64,000 bases of DNA from Dehalococcoidia bacterium (lineage in GTDB: Bacteria > Chloroflexota > Dehalococcoidia > Lucifugimonadales > UBA3495), in the NCBI GenBank assembly GCA_965219925.1, contig OZ244795.1, forward strand, positions 2,122,070 to 2,186,069, read 5' to 3'. Under the pieces are notes generated by a model that was not told the origin of the DNA, made no database searches, and was given only the letters and a program-made list of their open reading frames with translations. How positions within the stretch are numbered: position 1 is the stretch's first letter; every line of letters starts with the position of its first letter. The position numbers and the translations under genes are program-made. This document shows positions 9,088 to 17,899 of the stretch, piece by piece.

Positions 9088-9282
9088 AAATGGAGCCGGT
9101 GCAATAACAGGGCCTTTCGATTCTCCCTCTCCCCTTGTGGGAGAGGGCTGGGGTGAGGGGTATAGTCTGCGCAGGATAGTTCCCTATCTCACACCCTCAC
9201 CCTAACCCTCTCCCATCAAGGGAGAGGGGATTTCTTGTAAAACCGAAAAGCCTTGGGAGCAATAATGCTCCGGCTCCATTTT
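9088..9282. repeat. composite palindrome between convergent genes (two inverted REP units nested inside an outer inverted repeat); probable bidirectional terminator region
   Basis: Outer arms are aaatggagccggtgcaataa (about 9089) and the reverse complement of gcaataatgctccggctccatttt (about 9259-9282). Inner REP units at 9123-9160 and 9192-9230 lie in opposite orientation. Confidence 0.6.
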
Positions 9283-9323
9283 GGTTGCGGCGGGATGTGG
9301 GCCGGGATTCTCCCGGCAGCGAA

Positions 9324-11096
9324 CTACTCCGGGAAGAGTGTGACAACGAAGGAGAGACGGGAGTATTCCTCGCCCTGGTGGGCGCTAAAGGCGGCCCCGC
9401 TCAGTCCCGTTTCCAAAATCTCGAATTCGTCAAAGTCCATATCCAAATCGTCAGGGTCTAATTGTTGAATGATCAGCTGGAAGTTCACGTAGGCCATGGC
9501 CTGTCTGATTCCGAAAGTGTGCCCGACCGCACGTTGATATTCACCGTCGGATGTAAGACTGTCGGCGTCGCCATTCTGAACATCTACGGTAGTAACCAGC
9601 GCATCTTCGGTGGACGCCAGTGTCATGTAGCCGTCGTGCAGAACGTACCCGGGCGAGTAGGCAATGTCCGAGAACCCCAAAGCGTCCAGATTCAACACCA
9701 TCGCATCGTCTTCGGCCCCTACGTCCACCGGGTCGGCGCTCACTATCCCCAAGGAATATTCCTCAACCAGTTCGACGAAAACGTCCATCGTATCCTGCAG
9801 GTCGCGTTTGTTGTCTGAACGGTATGAAAGCATAGCCATCGCGTCCACCGCGTTCGTTTCCGGATTGGATTCTACTTCCTGGAAATCGAACTCCCTTACT
9901 CCGATGATTATTTCGCCGCCCAGGTAGTCGAAGAAGTCCAGTTCCAGGTCCACGCCGGTAGCGTCGTCAACGACGCCAATCATCGTATCAAGCAGGTCGG
10001 CCAGTGAATCATCCGGGTCCCCGGTCAATCCGCCGCCCATACCGAAGTCTCTCAAACCGTAATCAATCTCATCCAGTATGTCTTCCAGGAACCAAAAATC
10101 CCCAACGGGGTAATCGTCCAGGGCATTGCGCCAGTTGTCCACGCTGGGGTCGAAGGCAGAAGCGACGAAACCCAGCGTATCGTCGGGCAGTACCTGGGCC
10201 GGGTTGTCCAGATCCGCAATCTCCAATCCGAAGTCCGTGGTAGTAGGACTAACCACGTCCACAACCAGCCCGCGGTCAACCCACTGGAAGGACATTGCCA
10301 CCCACTCAGGCGTTTCAATACCGAAGGTGTCGGTGCCGTACGGCATAAGGCCGAATCCCGACAGTGATCCGAGTTCGTCCTCGATACCCTCATAATCAGC
10401 GTACACCGAAGCGAACCGGCGGTCGGGCAGCGCCGCCTGCGCTTCCTGGAAGTTGGGATTGTCTGCCAGTGAATCTCCGCCGTTCCCGGAGATCATATCG
10501 AGAGTGTCAAACAGTGCATCCTCGTCGGTGGCGATCACCAGCCAGCTCTTGGATAGCGCAAGGGCCCCCTCATCGTTTTCTCCGAGCCAGATATCGAAAT
10601 CACCCTCAGAATCGTCAATGAAACCTGATCCCTCGTCCTCCGCATATCCAATCAGGAGATCCATAAAGTCCGCGGCGGCCTCGGCGTCACGCACGCCGAT
10701 GATGGCGACCGCCGAGGGTTCGAATGAACTAAAATCGAGAAGTGCGGCGGACATGTCGGGACCAATCCAGGGCAGGACATCCTCCTCGAAATCAATGTCG
10801 GTCTCCTCACGCAATTCGTCCAGCACGTCCTGCACGGCGTCGTGGAATCCATCCAACTCGTCGAAACGGTTCCAGATATCCAGCATTTCTGCCCGTTGCC
10901 CATCGCCGGGATTCAGCGTAAACCAGCTGTAGGCCACCACGTCATCAGGGAAATATTGCGCCGTATTCTCGGGCTTGGATCCGCCCAGTCCCGGGATATA
11001 CGGGATTGATATGATCCCGAAGTAGGCTAACGCGCCAACGGCTATTATCGCGATGACCAGCACCCCGATGATGGATCCAACGAGTTTCAAAACCAT
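9324..11096 (-). CDS. highly acidic, N-terminally membrane-anchored protein (DUF3352-like)
   Basis: 590 aa. One N-terminal TM helix (LVGSIIGVLVIAIIAVGALAYF), then a very Asp/Glu-rich ectodomain. The segment YFPDDVVAYSWFTLNPGDGQ resembles DUF3352 proteins, but that family call is from memory only. Confidence 0.6.
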   Translation of the reverse strand: MVLKLVGSIIGVLVIAIIAVGALAYFGIISIPYIPGLGGSKPENTAQYFPDDVVAYSWFTLNPGDGQRAEMLDIWNRFDELDGFHDAVQDVLDELREETDIDFEEDVLPWIGPDMSAALLDFSSFEPSAVAIIGVRDAEAAADFMDLLIGYAEDEGSGFIDDSEGDFDIWLGENDEGALALSKSWLVIATDEDALFDTLDMISGNGGDSLADNPNFQEAQAALPDRRFASVYADYEGIEDELGSLSGFGLMPYGTDTFGIETPEWVAMSFQWVDRGLVVDVVSPTTTDFGLEIADLDNPAQVLPDDTLGFVASAFDPSVDNWRNALDDYPVGDFWFLEDILDEIDYGLRDFGMGGGLTGDPDDSLADLLDTMIGVVDDATGVDLELDFFDYLGGEIIIGVREFDFQEVESNPETNAVDAMAMLSYRSDNKRDLQDTMDVFVELVEEYSLGIVSADPVDVGAEDDAMVLNLDALGFSDIAYSPGYVLHDGYMTLASTEDALVTTVDVQNGDADSLTSDGEYQRAVGHTFGIRQAMAYVNFQLIIQQLDPDDLDMDFDEFEILETGLSGAAFSAHQGEEYSRLSFVVTLFPE

Positions 11097-11207
11097 TGTT
11101 TGTCCTTCGCTATTGTTTGATGTCAGAGATTTTGCGGCATGGTGACGGGCAAAAGCAAGTTGTGCGATAGGCTAAACGGTCGGGCTATTTTATGAGAGAG
11201 CATTGGT

Positions 11208-11250
11208 AAACATAAAAAGCGCCGTACCCATGCTAACAGGCACGGCGCTC
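11208..11250 (-). terminator. intrinsic terminator downstream of 11268..11924
   Basis: Stem agcgccgt (11218-11225) pairs with acggcgct (11242-11249). On the minus strand the hairpin is followed by TTTTTATGTTT. Confidence 0.6.
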
Positions 11251-11267
11251 AAGTTACCTGGATAGTT

Positions 11268-11924
11268 TTAGCGGTCCGGTCGAAGGCTTCGCGGCAGGTT
11301 GTCGGTGGATTCGCAGTAATCCAGCGCGTGGCCGAAGAGGAAGCTTATCTCGCCGTCCTGTTCCAGTTCCTCAAAGGTGTCGGTGTCGAAATCGCCACCC
11401 AGTATGTCAAGCGAACACTGGCATGTTTCTTCATCCAGGCCGGCGTCGTCGCATTCTTCGATATAGTAATCTTCGATGTCGGAGCTCAACCCACCGAATC
11501 CCCGACTCGAGCCAATGTCAGGTATCATCCTGCGCGGAAGTTCTTGAGTCGCGTTGCAGTACCCGACAGCGTCTTGGTAGATATCGAATACCATCTCGTC
11601 GCCGTTGCGCGCATCTTCGATTTCGGTGATGGCTTTTTTATTGAAGTCATGCTCTACGATTGCCCAACCGCATTCGCATACGTCCTCATCCAGACCCCAA
11701 CCCCTCCTGTCGTCAGTGCATTCATCGATGTAATCGGCTTTGAGATCGTCGCCCCCGCCGCCGGCCAGCAGGACCACTACCACGATGATAATGACGAGGA
11801 CCACCAGACCGGCGCCACCACCGACCGCTATCCACATCAAATTGTTCTGGATGAACGGTGGTAGTCCGCCTGAGGATCCCGGGGGTTGTTGTTCCGGTTG
11901 GAATGGCTGTTGTTCTTCGGCCAC
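11268..11924 (-). CDS. membrane-anchored protein with two tandem copies of a 4-Cys acidic module
   Basis: 218 aa. Pro/Gln-rich N-terminus, one TM helix (VVLVIIIVVVVLLAG), then two related units: YIDECTDD..GLDEDVCECGWAIVEHDF...AVGYCNATQELPRRMIPD and YIEECDDAGLDEETCQCSLDILGGDF...ALDYCESTDNLPRSLRPD. Confidence 0.65.
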   Translation of the reverse strand: MAEEQQPFQPEQQPPGSSGGLPPFIQNNLMWIAVGGGAGLVVLVIIIVVVVLLAGGGGDDLKADYIDECTDDRRGWGLDEDVCECGWAIVEHDFNKKAITEIEDARNGDEMVFDIYQDAVGYCNATQELPRRMIPDIGSSRGFGGLSSDIEDYYIEECDDAGLDEETCQCSLDILGGDFDTDTFEELEQDGEISFLFGHALDYCESTDNLPRSLRPDR

Positions 11925-12084
11925 AGTGCTTCCTCCATCAAGTTACTTGAGGGCGTGCCCGCTGGTGAATAACCCGCCGGTTTGATTCCGTACTCTGTCG
12001 CCCACGCAATCAGTAGCTGTTGCGATTCGGCACCTGGTGCCCAAGACCGGGAACCCTGGTAATCGGGTGCCGGGCATAGCCTCG

Positions 12085-12343
12085 TTATAAATTGAATAAT
12101 GCGAGGATAAATGAACCGATAAAGATCAACGCGACCAAGAAGATGAGGAGGGCGATCAAATTTAAAACCAGTCCGGCGATTGCCATCCCCACTCCCGTGC
12201 CGTTATTGCGACCTTGCACTAAACCCACAATCGACAACGGCAGTCCCACCAACATACACGGGACAGTTACGATTATCCCGACGATACGGAATGAAGATGA
12301 ACACGATGGCGATAATGCCAAGCACCATTCCTGCTATTCCCAT
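12085..12343 (-). pseudogene. small DUF4190-like membrane protein, apparently split by a 1-nt frameshift
   Basis: A strong RBS (AGGAGG) and ATG at 12343 encode MGIAGMVLGIIAIVFIFIP, after which that frame turns polar and stops. ORF 12085..12321 continues the hydrophobic sequence (IVGIIVTVPCMLVGLPLSIVGL...GMAIAGLVLNLIALLIFLVALIFIG). The frames join if one nt near 12282-12289 is removed. Confidence 0.5.
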
Positions 12344-12512
12344 GTTTCTCCTCCTGTTGTTGAAGAAGTTGGCCGAACGCTAGAGAATCTGTGTCCGCCA
12401 GCTGAGCCCATATGTCCAGCCGCGCTTAGGTTACGGTTAATAGCATCGGGTCCGAAAGAAGGCAATGTTGCTTCCCGGCCAAGGATTTGCATATCACTCC
12501 ATGCCAATCCGG

Positions 12513-12532
12513 TTTCATCATATATGATGAAA
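12513..12532. promoter_or_regulatory. perfect 20-bp AT-rich palindrome, candidate operator
   Basis: tttcatcatatatgatgaaa sits in the intergenic region between the divergent small membrane gene and the riboswitch/cob operon. Confidence 0.3.
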
Positions 12533-12602
12533 TTCTGCATAAAATATTATCGGCGTTACCGCAGTCTATTCACGGTGCAATTCGCTGTCAAGTTATCTCT
12601 AA

Positions 12603-12850
12603 TCTCACGCGTACGCACTTAATCTGTCATTGCGACCCCGTACTTGATAAGGGGGTGGCAGGACGCAGGGGGACGGATGTTCCGCCCTCACCCCCTGTCA
12701 TTGCGAGGAGCGCAGCCGCTCATGGTGAGCCTGTCGAACCACGTGGCAATCTCGTTGAGGTTGAGCACACGCCGGCGAACCGCCGTTGCTACGGCGACCA
12801 GATTGCCACGCTACGCTCGCAATGACAGATTAAAACGGGTAGGCGTGAGA
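12603..12850. repeat. MITE-like nested palindromic repeat, copy A (core 12696-12827)
   Basis: Core: tgtcattgcgaggagcgcagc..cgtggcaatctcgt..acSagattgccacgctacgctcgcaatgaca. Outer arms: tctcacgcgtacgc...gcgtgaga. An extra type-2 end module (tgtcattgcgaccccgtacttgataaggggg) lies at 12625-12662. Confidence 0.8.
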
Positions 12851-12949
12851 TCTTGCGCCCGGTTGACACCCGACGTGCTCCGGGTTACATTGGGGGCGCG
12901 ATAGCCTCGCAACTGTTTAACAATTGATTCCCAGGCACCGGGCGCCAAA

Positions 12950-13120
12950 AAATCCTTATCGGGCTTAATAGGGAAGGCGGTTTGACTCCGCCGCGGTTGC
13001 GCCACTGTAATCGGGGAGCCTGCCGACGTAAACCACTGCTGGCGTTCACCTGTGTCCACCGGCGGGAAGGGGTTCGGAAGGCCGAGAACCGTAAGTCAGG
13101 AGACCTACCCGGTGTTGCTC
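12950..13120 (+). promoter_or_regulatory. cobalamin (B12) riboswitch aptamer
   Basis: AATAGGGAAGGCGG..TCCGCCGCGGTTGCGCCACTGTAATCGGGGAGC (B12 box GCCACTG at 13001-13007) ... AAACCACTG ... GGGAAGG ... GTAAGTCAGGAGACCTACCC. Candidate P1 is atcggg (12958-12963) pairing with cccggt (13108-13113). It lies upstream of the cobalt chelatase operon. Confidence 0.85.
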
Positions 13121-13221
13121 TGGAACTCTACTCTGCGCCCAACAGGGTTGTTTCCGTGCGGCATTGTATGCAATACCAAATCATCCGGTTGATGCTAAAC
13201 GCTCCCGCAACTCGAAACCCC

Positions 13222-13260
13222 GACCCTGGCAGCCTCGGCGCTCCAGGGTCTTAAATTTTA
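13222..13260 (+). terminator. riboswitch expression-platform intrinsic terminator
   Basis: Stem gaccctgg (13222-13229) pairs with ccagggtc (13243-13250), followed by TTAAATTTTA, 25 nt before the first start codon of the operon. Confidence 0.6.
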
Positions 13261-13284
13261 GTATCGGATCAGAAATATCCCCAA

Positions 13285-13983
13285 ATGAGCACAACCAATT
13301 CCGGCATAAAAATGACTGTAGTGGCCGTCGGTCCCGGTGATCCCGACCTGCTCACTCTGAAGGGTCGCTTGGCCCTGGAGCAGGCTGATGTGATCGTAGG
13401 ATTCAAGACCGTGCTGGATGTGGTGGACGGTCGCACCGGTAACGCCGACGTGCGCCCCATGGCCTACCGAGACCAGGAGGCGGTGCTGGATTACGCGCAG
13501 GAACAGGCCCAACTGGGCAAATCATGCGTGGTGTGCGTTTGGGGCGACCTGAACGTGTCAGCCAAGGAATTGTTGAATCGTGTGCGACGCCGCGCCGAGA
13601 CCGTTGAACTCATTCCGGGAGTTAGCAGCATTCAAATCGCCTGTGCCCGGGCCGGAATCTCTCTGGAAGAGTCGGTGTTCATCACCCTGCACCAGCGATG
13701 GGATCGAGGTTCGGAATTGTCCGAACTGGTAGAGTTGATGCACCAGGGAAGGCGCAATGTCATCCTGTTGCCGCGGCCATACGATTTCATGCCTCCCGCC
13801 ATCGCTGCCGGAGCCGTTGCGGACGGGGCAGACCCTGAACATCCCGTTACGGTTTTCCAGCGTCTCACCCTGCCCGATGAGCAGCGCTGGGACGGCACGT
13901 TGGCCGAATGCTCACAGTTGCCTGACGAATTCAGCGATTTGTCCATAATGGTGTTCCCGCGACCCGACGAGCCGGCCGACTGA
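13285..13983 (+). CDS. tetrapyrrole (corrin/porphyrin) methylase family protein, divergent CobJ/CbiH- or CbiE-like
   Basis: VVAVGPGDPDLLTLKGRLALEQADVIVGFKTVLDVV is the typical TP-methylase N-terminus. The second glycine-rich motif is degenerate (VWGDLNVSAKEL instead of SGDPGIYG). The true start may be the internal Met at 13312. Confidence 0.65.
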   Translation: MSTTNSGIKMTVVAVGPGDPDLLTLKGRLALEQADVIVGFKTVLDVVDGRTGNADVRPMAYRDQEAVLDYAQEQAQLGKSCVVCVWGDLNVSAKELLNRVRRRAETVELIPGVSSIQIACARAGISLEESVFITLHQRWDRGSELSELVELMHQGRRNVILLPRPYDFMPPAIAAGAVADGADPEHPVTVFQRLTLPDEQRWDGTLAECSQLPDEFSDLSIMVFPRPDEPAD

Positions 13984-13986
13984 CGC

Positions 13987-16900
13987 ATGACCACTGCAGA
14001 TTTGACAACGCCCGCCACTCTGGTCCTGGTAACCACGGCGGATACCGACATCCTCACGGCGGAGCGCGCTCTGGTCGGAATGCCCTGGGGAGATTCAGTG
14101 CAGGTGTATGCTTGCAACCCGGTGTCGCTGGAAGGCGAAAGCGAGGCGGCGGCATCCGCGCGTTCCGATTTAATGGATGCGGTCGGCCGGGCGTCGGTGG
14201 TGGTCCTCCGGCTTCTGGGCGGCAAGCGCGCGCTTGGAGACACGTTCGACGCACTGGTCAGCGTTTGCGGTTCCCGTGCAGTCCCCGTCATCGCATGTCC
14301 GGGCCACCAGGAATGGGATGAAGATCTGGTTACCGCCTGCACGGCGCCGGTTGCCGAGGTGGAAACGGTTTTTGCCTACCTGATGCGTGGCGGCGTCCTG
14401 AATTTCCGCAACCTGTTTCTGTTCCTGTCCGACGCCTATCTGGGTTCCGAATACGGGCACGAGGCTCCGGCGCCAATGCCCTGGCAGGGTATCTATCATC
14501 CTGAGGTGGCCGAGGGTTCAGGGGTCGACCAGTACATAGCGCAACGGTACGAAAGCGGCCGGCCGGCCGTCGGCGTCCTGTTTTACCGCGCGCACTGGAT
14601 GAGCGGAAACCTGGCATTCGTTGACGAACTCATCCATCGTCTGGAGTTGCAGGATGTCAACGTATTGCCGGTATATTCTTATAGCCTGAAGCACACGCCT
14701 GAAGAGGACGATGCAGAACACAGCCAGACCTTGACCGACTACATGGTGGACGCCGAGGGAATCCCACGGGTCGATTGCATTATCAACACTATGGGACTGG
14801 CGATGAGCGATCTGGAGCACCAGCAGGGCGGTACGGGCGCAACCGTCGCCACCGGCTGGTCGCAGGCGCTGCTGGAGCAGCTGGACCTGCCCATCATTCA
14901 GGCCATCGTCAGCACCGGAAGCAGGGAAGATTGGGAAAAGAGTTCGCTGGGGTTGGGCCCGGTGGACACCGCCATGAACGTCGCCTTTCCCGAGTTTGAC
15001 GGGCGGATTATCGCCGTGCCGGTGTCGTTCAAAGAAGAGACGCCGCCGGAAGGGGGTTCCCTTTCCGCCGGGCGGATGCAGCGTTACGTGGCTCAGGACG
15101 ACCGCATGGACTACGTGGCTCGGTTGGCCGTCCGCCACGCTACCCTCCGGCGCAAATCCAACGCGGACAAGCGCATCGCAATCATCCTGAGCAACTATCC
15201 GACCAAGGACGCCCGCATCGGCAACGCTGTGGGCCTGGACACGCCGGCCTCGGCCATCAACATACTCAACGCTCTGCAACGCGCTGGCTACCACGTTGAA
15301 GACGTGCCCGCTGACGGCGATGAACTGGTGCATCGCATAATCGAGCGTTGTAGCAACGATACCGATACCCTCACCGAGGAACAGTTGCGTTTGGCAGCCG
15401 GGCACGTGGATCGACGCGCCTACGCCGAGTGGTACTCCCGTTTCTCGGAGTCTGTTCAGGGCCAGTTGCTGGAAGCCTGGGGCGAGGCGCCGGGTCAGGT
15501 GTACCGGACCGGCGACAGGCTGGCGATTGCCGGCGTACCGATGGGCAATGTTTTCGTCGGTCTGCAGCCTCCGCGGGGCTTCGGCGAGAACCCCATCTCG
15601 ATTTACCACAACCCGGACCTCACCCCCACCCACCATTACCTGGCCTATTACCGGTGGGTTCGCGACGTTTTCAAGGCCGATGCGATGATCCACATCGGAA
15701 AGCACGGGACGCTGGAATGGTTGCCCGGCAAGGGCGTTGGTTTATCCCGGTCCTGTTATCCCGAGGTGGCCCTCGACGACATACCGCTGTTCTACCCCTT
15801 TATCGTCAATAACCCCGGCGAGGGAACTCAGGCCAAACGACGCACGCATGCCACCATCGTTGATCACCTGATTCCGCCCATGACCACCGCCGATGCCTAC
15901 GGTGACATAGCAAAGCTCGAACAACTGATGGACGAGCACTACCAATGTCAAACCCTAGACCCGGCCAAGCTCCCAACCCTGGAATCGCAAATCTGGGAGA
16001 TGGTTCAGCAGGCCGAATTGCATCGTGATTTGGGCGTGGACGCACAACCCGACGATTTCGCCAATTTCATGCTGGAGATCGACGGATACCTGTGCGAAAT
16101 CAAGGACGCTCAGATCAAGGATGGCTTGCACACTTTGGGCGTGCCGCCCACGTCCGACCAGATGACCGGCCTGTTGTGCGCCCTCACGCGGTTGGATAAC
16201 GGGGCAGTACCCGGTTTGCGCCGGAGCATGGCTGAGGCGCTGGGCTTCGATTATCACGCGCTGCTGGACAATCCGGCGGCGGCGGTCAATGGGAATACGC
16301 CGGCCGTGTTGGGTTCTGCTGCCGATGGTTCGCCCATTCGCAACGCCGGCGACGTTATTGAGGCTCTGGAAGCCATGTGCCGCCGGGCCTACGAACGTCT
16401 GTGCCCCAACGGGTTCGCAGCCGATGAAATCGCTGCCCTCGTGCCCGAGTTGCTGGGTAAAACGGACGGCCAAACCGCCGGCGTCCTGGAGTATGTGGGC
16501 CGACACATTCATCCGGCGCTGCTCCGCACCACTGACGAAATCGATAACCTCCTGAGGGGACTGGACGGGCGTTTCGTGCCCGCGGGCCCTTCCGGGGCCC
16601 CCACCCGTGGGATGGTTAACGTGCTGCCCACCGGACGCAATTTCTACTCAGTGGATCCCAGGGCGCTGCCGTCGCCCACGGCCTGGGATGTGGGTAAGGC
16701 GCTGGGCGACGCTTTGTTGCAGAAATATCTCGATGAAGAGGGCGGATACCCTGAGATGGTTGGAATCGTCGTCTGGGGCACCTCGGCCATGCGCACCCAC
16801 GGCGATGATATCGCCCAAATCCTGTATCTGCTGGGTGTCAAACCGGTGTGGCAGGCGGAAAGCCGGAGAATCAACGGCCTGGAAATCATCCCCGTATCCG

Positions 16901-17868
16901 AGTTGGGCCGCCCGCGCATTGACGTAACCGTCCGTATCAGCGGTTTCTTCAGGGATGCGTTCCCGAACCTCATCTATCTGATGGACCAGGCCGTGGCGAT
17001 GGCCGCCGCCCAGGACGAATCACCCGAGGATAATTACATCGTCAAGCACGTTCGGGAAGATGCTGAACTCAAAGCCGCATCGGGATCAGGCGACGACGAA
17101 ACCCACAGTGATGGCGACGCTTCACTCTTCCGTATCTTCGGCAGCAAGCCGGGGGCTTACGGCGCTGGTATCCTGGGGGTGATCGACGAACGCAACTGGG
17201 AATCGGTTCACGATCTGGCCGAGGTCTACACCGCCTGGGGTGGGTACGCATATTCCCGCCAGGATTTCGGCGTCACCGCGCGCAACGAATTTCGCGCCAG
17301 ATTCAGCCAGATTGTAATTGCCGCCAAAAATCAGGATAATCGGGAGCACGATGTATTCGACAGCGACGACTACATGCAATACCACGGCGGCATGATCGCT
17401 ACGGTTCGGTCTCTCACGGGCCGCAATCCTCGCCAGTTCTTCGGCGACAACAGTGACCCGTCCCGGGCCCGGGTTCGCGATCTGCAGGATGAAGCGCGTC
17501 GAGTGTTCCGCAGCCGGGTCGTCAATCCCAAGTGGATGCAGTCGATGCAGCGTCACGGATACAAGGGCGCGTTTGAATTGGCGGCCACCGTTGACTATAT
17601 GTTCGGCTACGACGCAACGGCGCAGGTCGTCGAGGACTGGATGTATGAGGACGTTACCGAAGAATACGTCCTGAATCCGGAGATGCAGGAATTCTTCCGG
17701 CAGAGCAATCCGTGGGCGCTGCGGGGGATCGTCGAAAGGCTGTTGGAGGCCATCCAGCGCGGCATGTGGGAAAACCCGCCGCCGGAGATGCTGGAAAAAC
17801 TGCGGGAGATGTATCTGGAACTGGAGACCGACATCGAAGCCCGCCAGGAGAGTGGAGCCAGGCAGTAG
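13987..17868 (+). CDS. cobN: cobaltochelatase subunit CobN
   Basis: 1293 aa, with the CobN/BchH hallmark MIHIGKHGTLEWLPGKGVGLS. Context: B12 riboswitch, cbtAB and chlID. Confidence 0.9.
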   Translation: MTTADLTTPATLVLVTTADTDILTAERALVGMPWGDSVQVYACNPVSLEGESEAAASARSDLMDAVGRASVVVLRLLGGKRALGDTFDALVSVCGSRAVPVIACPGHQEWDEDLVTACTAPVAEVETVFAYLMRGGVLNFRNLFLFLSDAYLGSEYGHEAPAPMPWQGIYHPEVAEGSGVDQYIAQRYESGRPAVGVLFYRAHWMSGNLAFVDELIHRLELQDVNVLPVYSYSLKHTPEEDDAEHSQTLTDYMVDAEGIPRVDCIINTMGLAMSDLEHQQGGTGATVATGWSQALLEQLDLPIIQAIVSTGSREDWEKSSLGLGPVDTAMNVAFPEFDGRIIAVPVSFKEETPPEGGSLSAGRMQRYVAQDDRMDYVARLAVRHATLRRKSNADKRIAIILSNYPTKDARIGNAVGLDTPASAINILNALQRAGYHVEDVPADGDELVHRIIERCSNDTDTLTEEQLRLAAGHVDRRAYAEWYSRFSESVQGQLLEAWGEAPGQVYRTGDRLAIAGVPMGNVFVGLQPPRGFGENPISIYHNPDLTPTHHYLAYYRWVRDVFKADAMIHIGKHGTLEWLPGKGVGLSRSCYPEVALDDIPLFYPFIVNNPGEGTQAKRRTHATIVDHLIPPMTTADAYGDIAKLEQLMDEHYQCQTLDPAKLPTLESQIWEMVQQAELHRDLGVDAQPDDFANFMLEIDGYLCEIKDAQIKDGLHTLGVPPTSDQMTGLLCALTRLDNGAVPGLRRSMAEALGFDYHALLDNPAAAVNGNTPAVLGSAADGSPIRNAGDVIEALEAMCRRAYERLCPNGFAADEIAALVPELLGKTDGQTAGVLEYVGRHIHPALLRTTDEIDNLLRGLDGRFVPAGPSGAPTRGMVNVLPTGRNFYSVDPRALPSPTAWDVGKALGDALLQKYLDEEGGYPEMVGIVVWGTSAMRTHGDDIAQILYLLGVKPVWQAESRRINGLEIIPVSELGRPRIDVTVRISGFFRDAFPNLIYLMDQAVAMAAAQDESPEDNYIVKHVREDAELKAASGSGDDETHSDGDASLFRIFGSKPGAYGAGILGVIDERNWESVHDLAEVYTAWGGYAYSRQDFGVTARNEFRARFSQIVIAAKNQDNREHDVFDSDDYMQYHGGMIATVRSLTGRNPRQFFGDNSDPSRARVRDLQDEARRVFRSRVVNPKWMQSMQRHGYKGAFELAATVDYMFGYDATAQVVEDWMYEDVTEEYVLNPEMQEFFRQSNPWALRGIVERLLEAIQRGMWENPPPEMLEKLREMYLELETDIEARQESGARQ

Positions 17869-17899
17869 GCGATGGCCTACGGTCAGGAGGATGTTTCGT

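Noticed and set aside
12487-12904. ORFs translating to ..VIARSAAAHGEPVEPRGNLVEVEH.. and ..IATLRSQ (also 25450..25653, 33194..33394, 33279..33620, 37862..38074, 58599..58910)
   Set aside because: These are read-throughs of the palindromic MITE-like repeats. The same peptide appears wherever a repeat copy sits, on either strand, with no RBS or start context.
17852-17899. Longer start for the ORF downstream of cobN, overlapping the cobN 3' end
   Set aside because: ATG 17900 has an AGGAGG 9 nt upstream, and the upstream codons lie inside cobN. The overlap version is less likely but not excluded.
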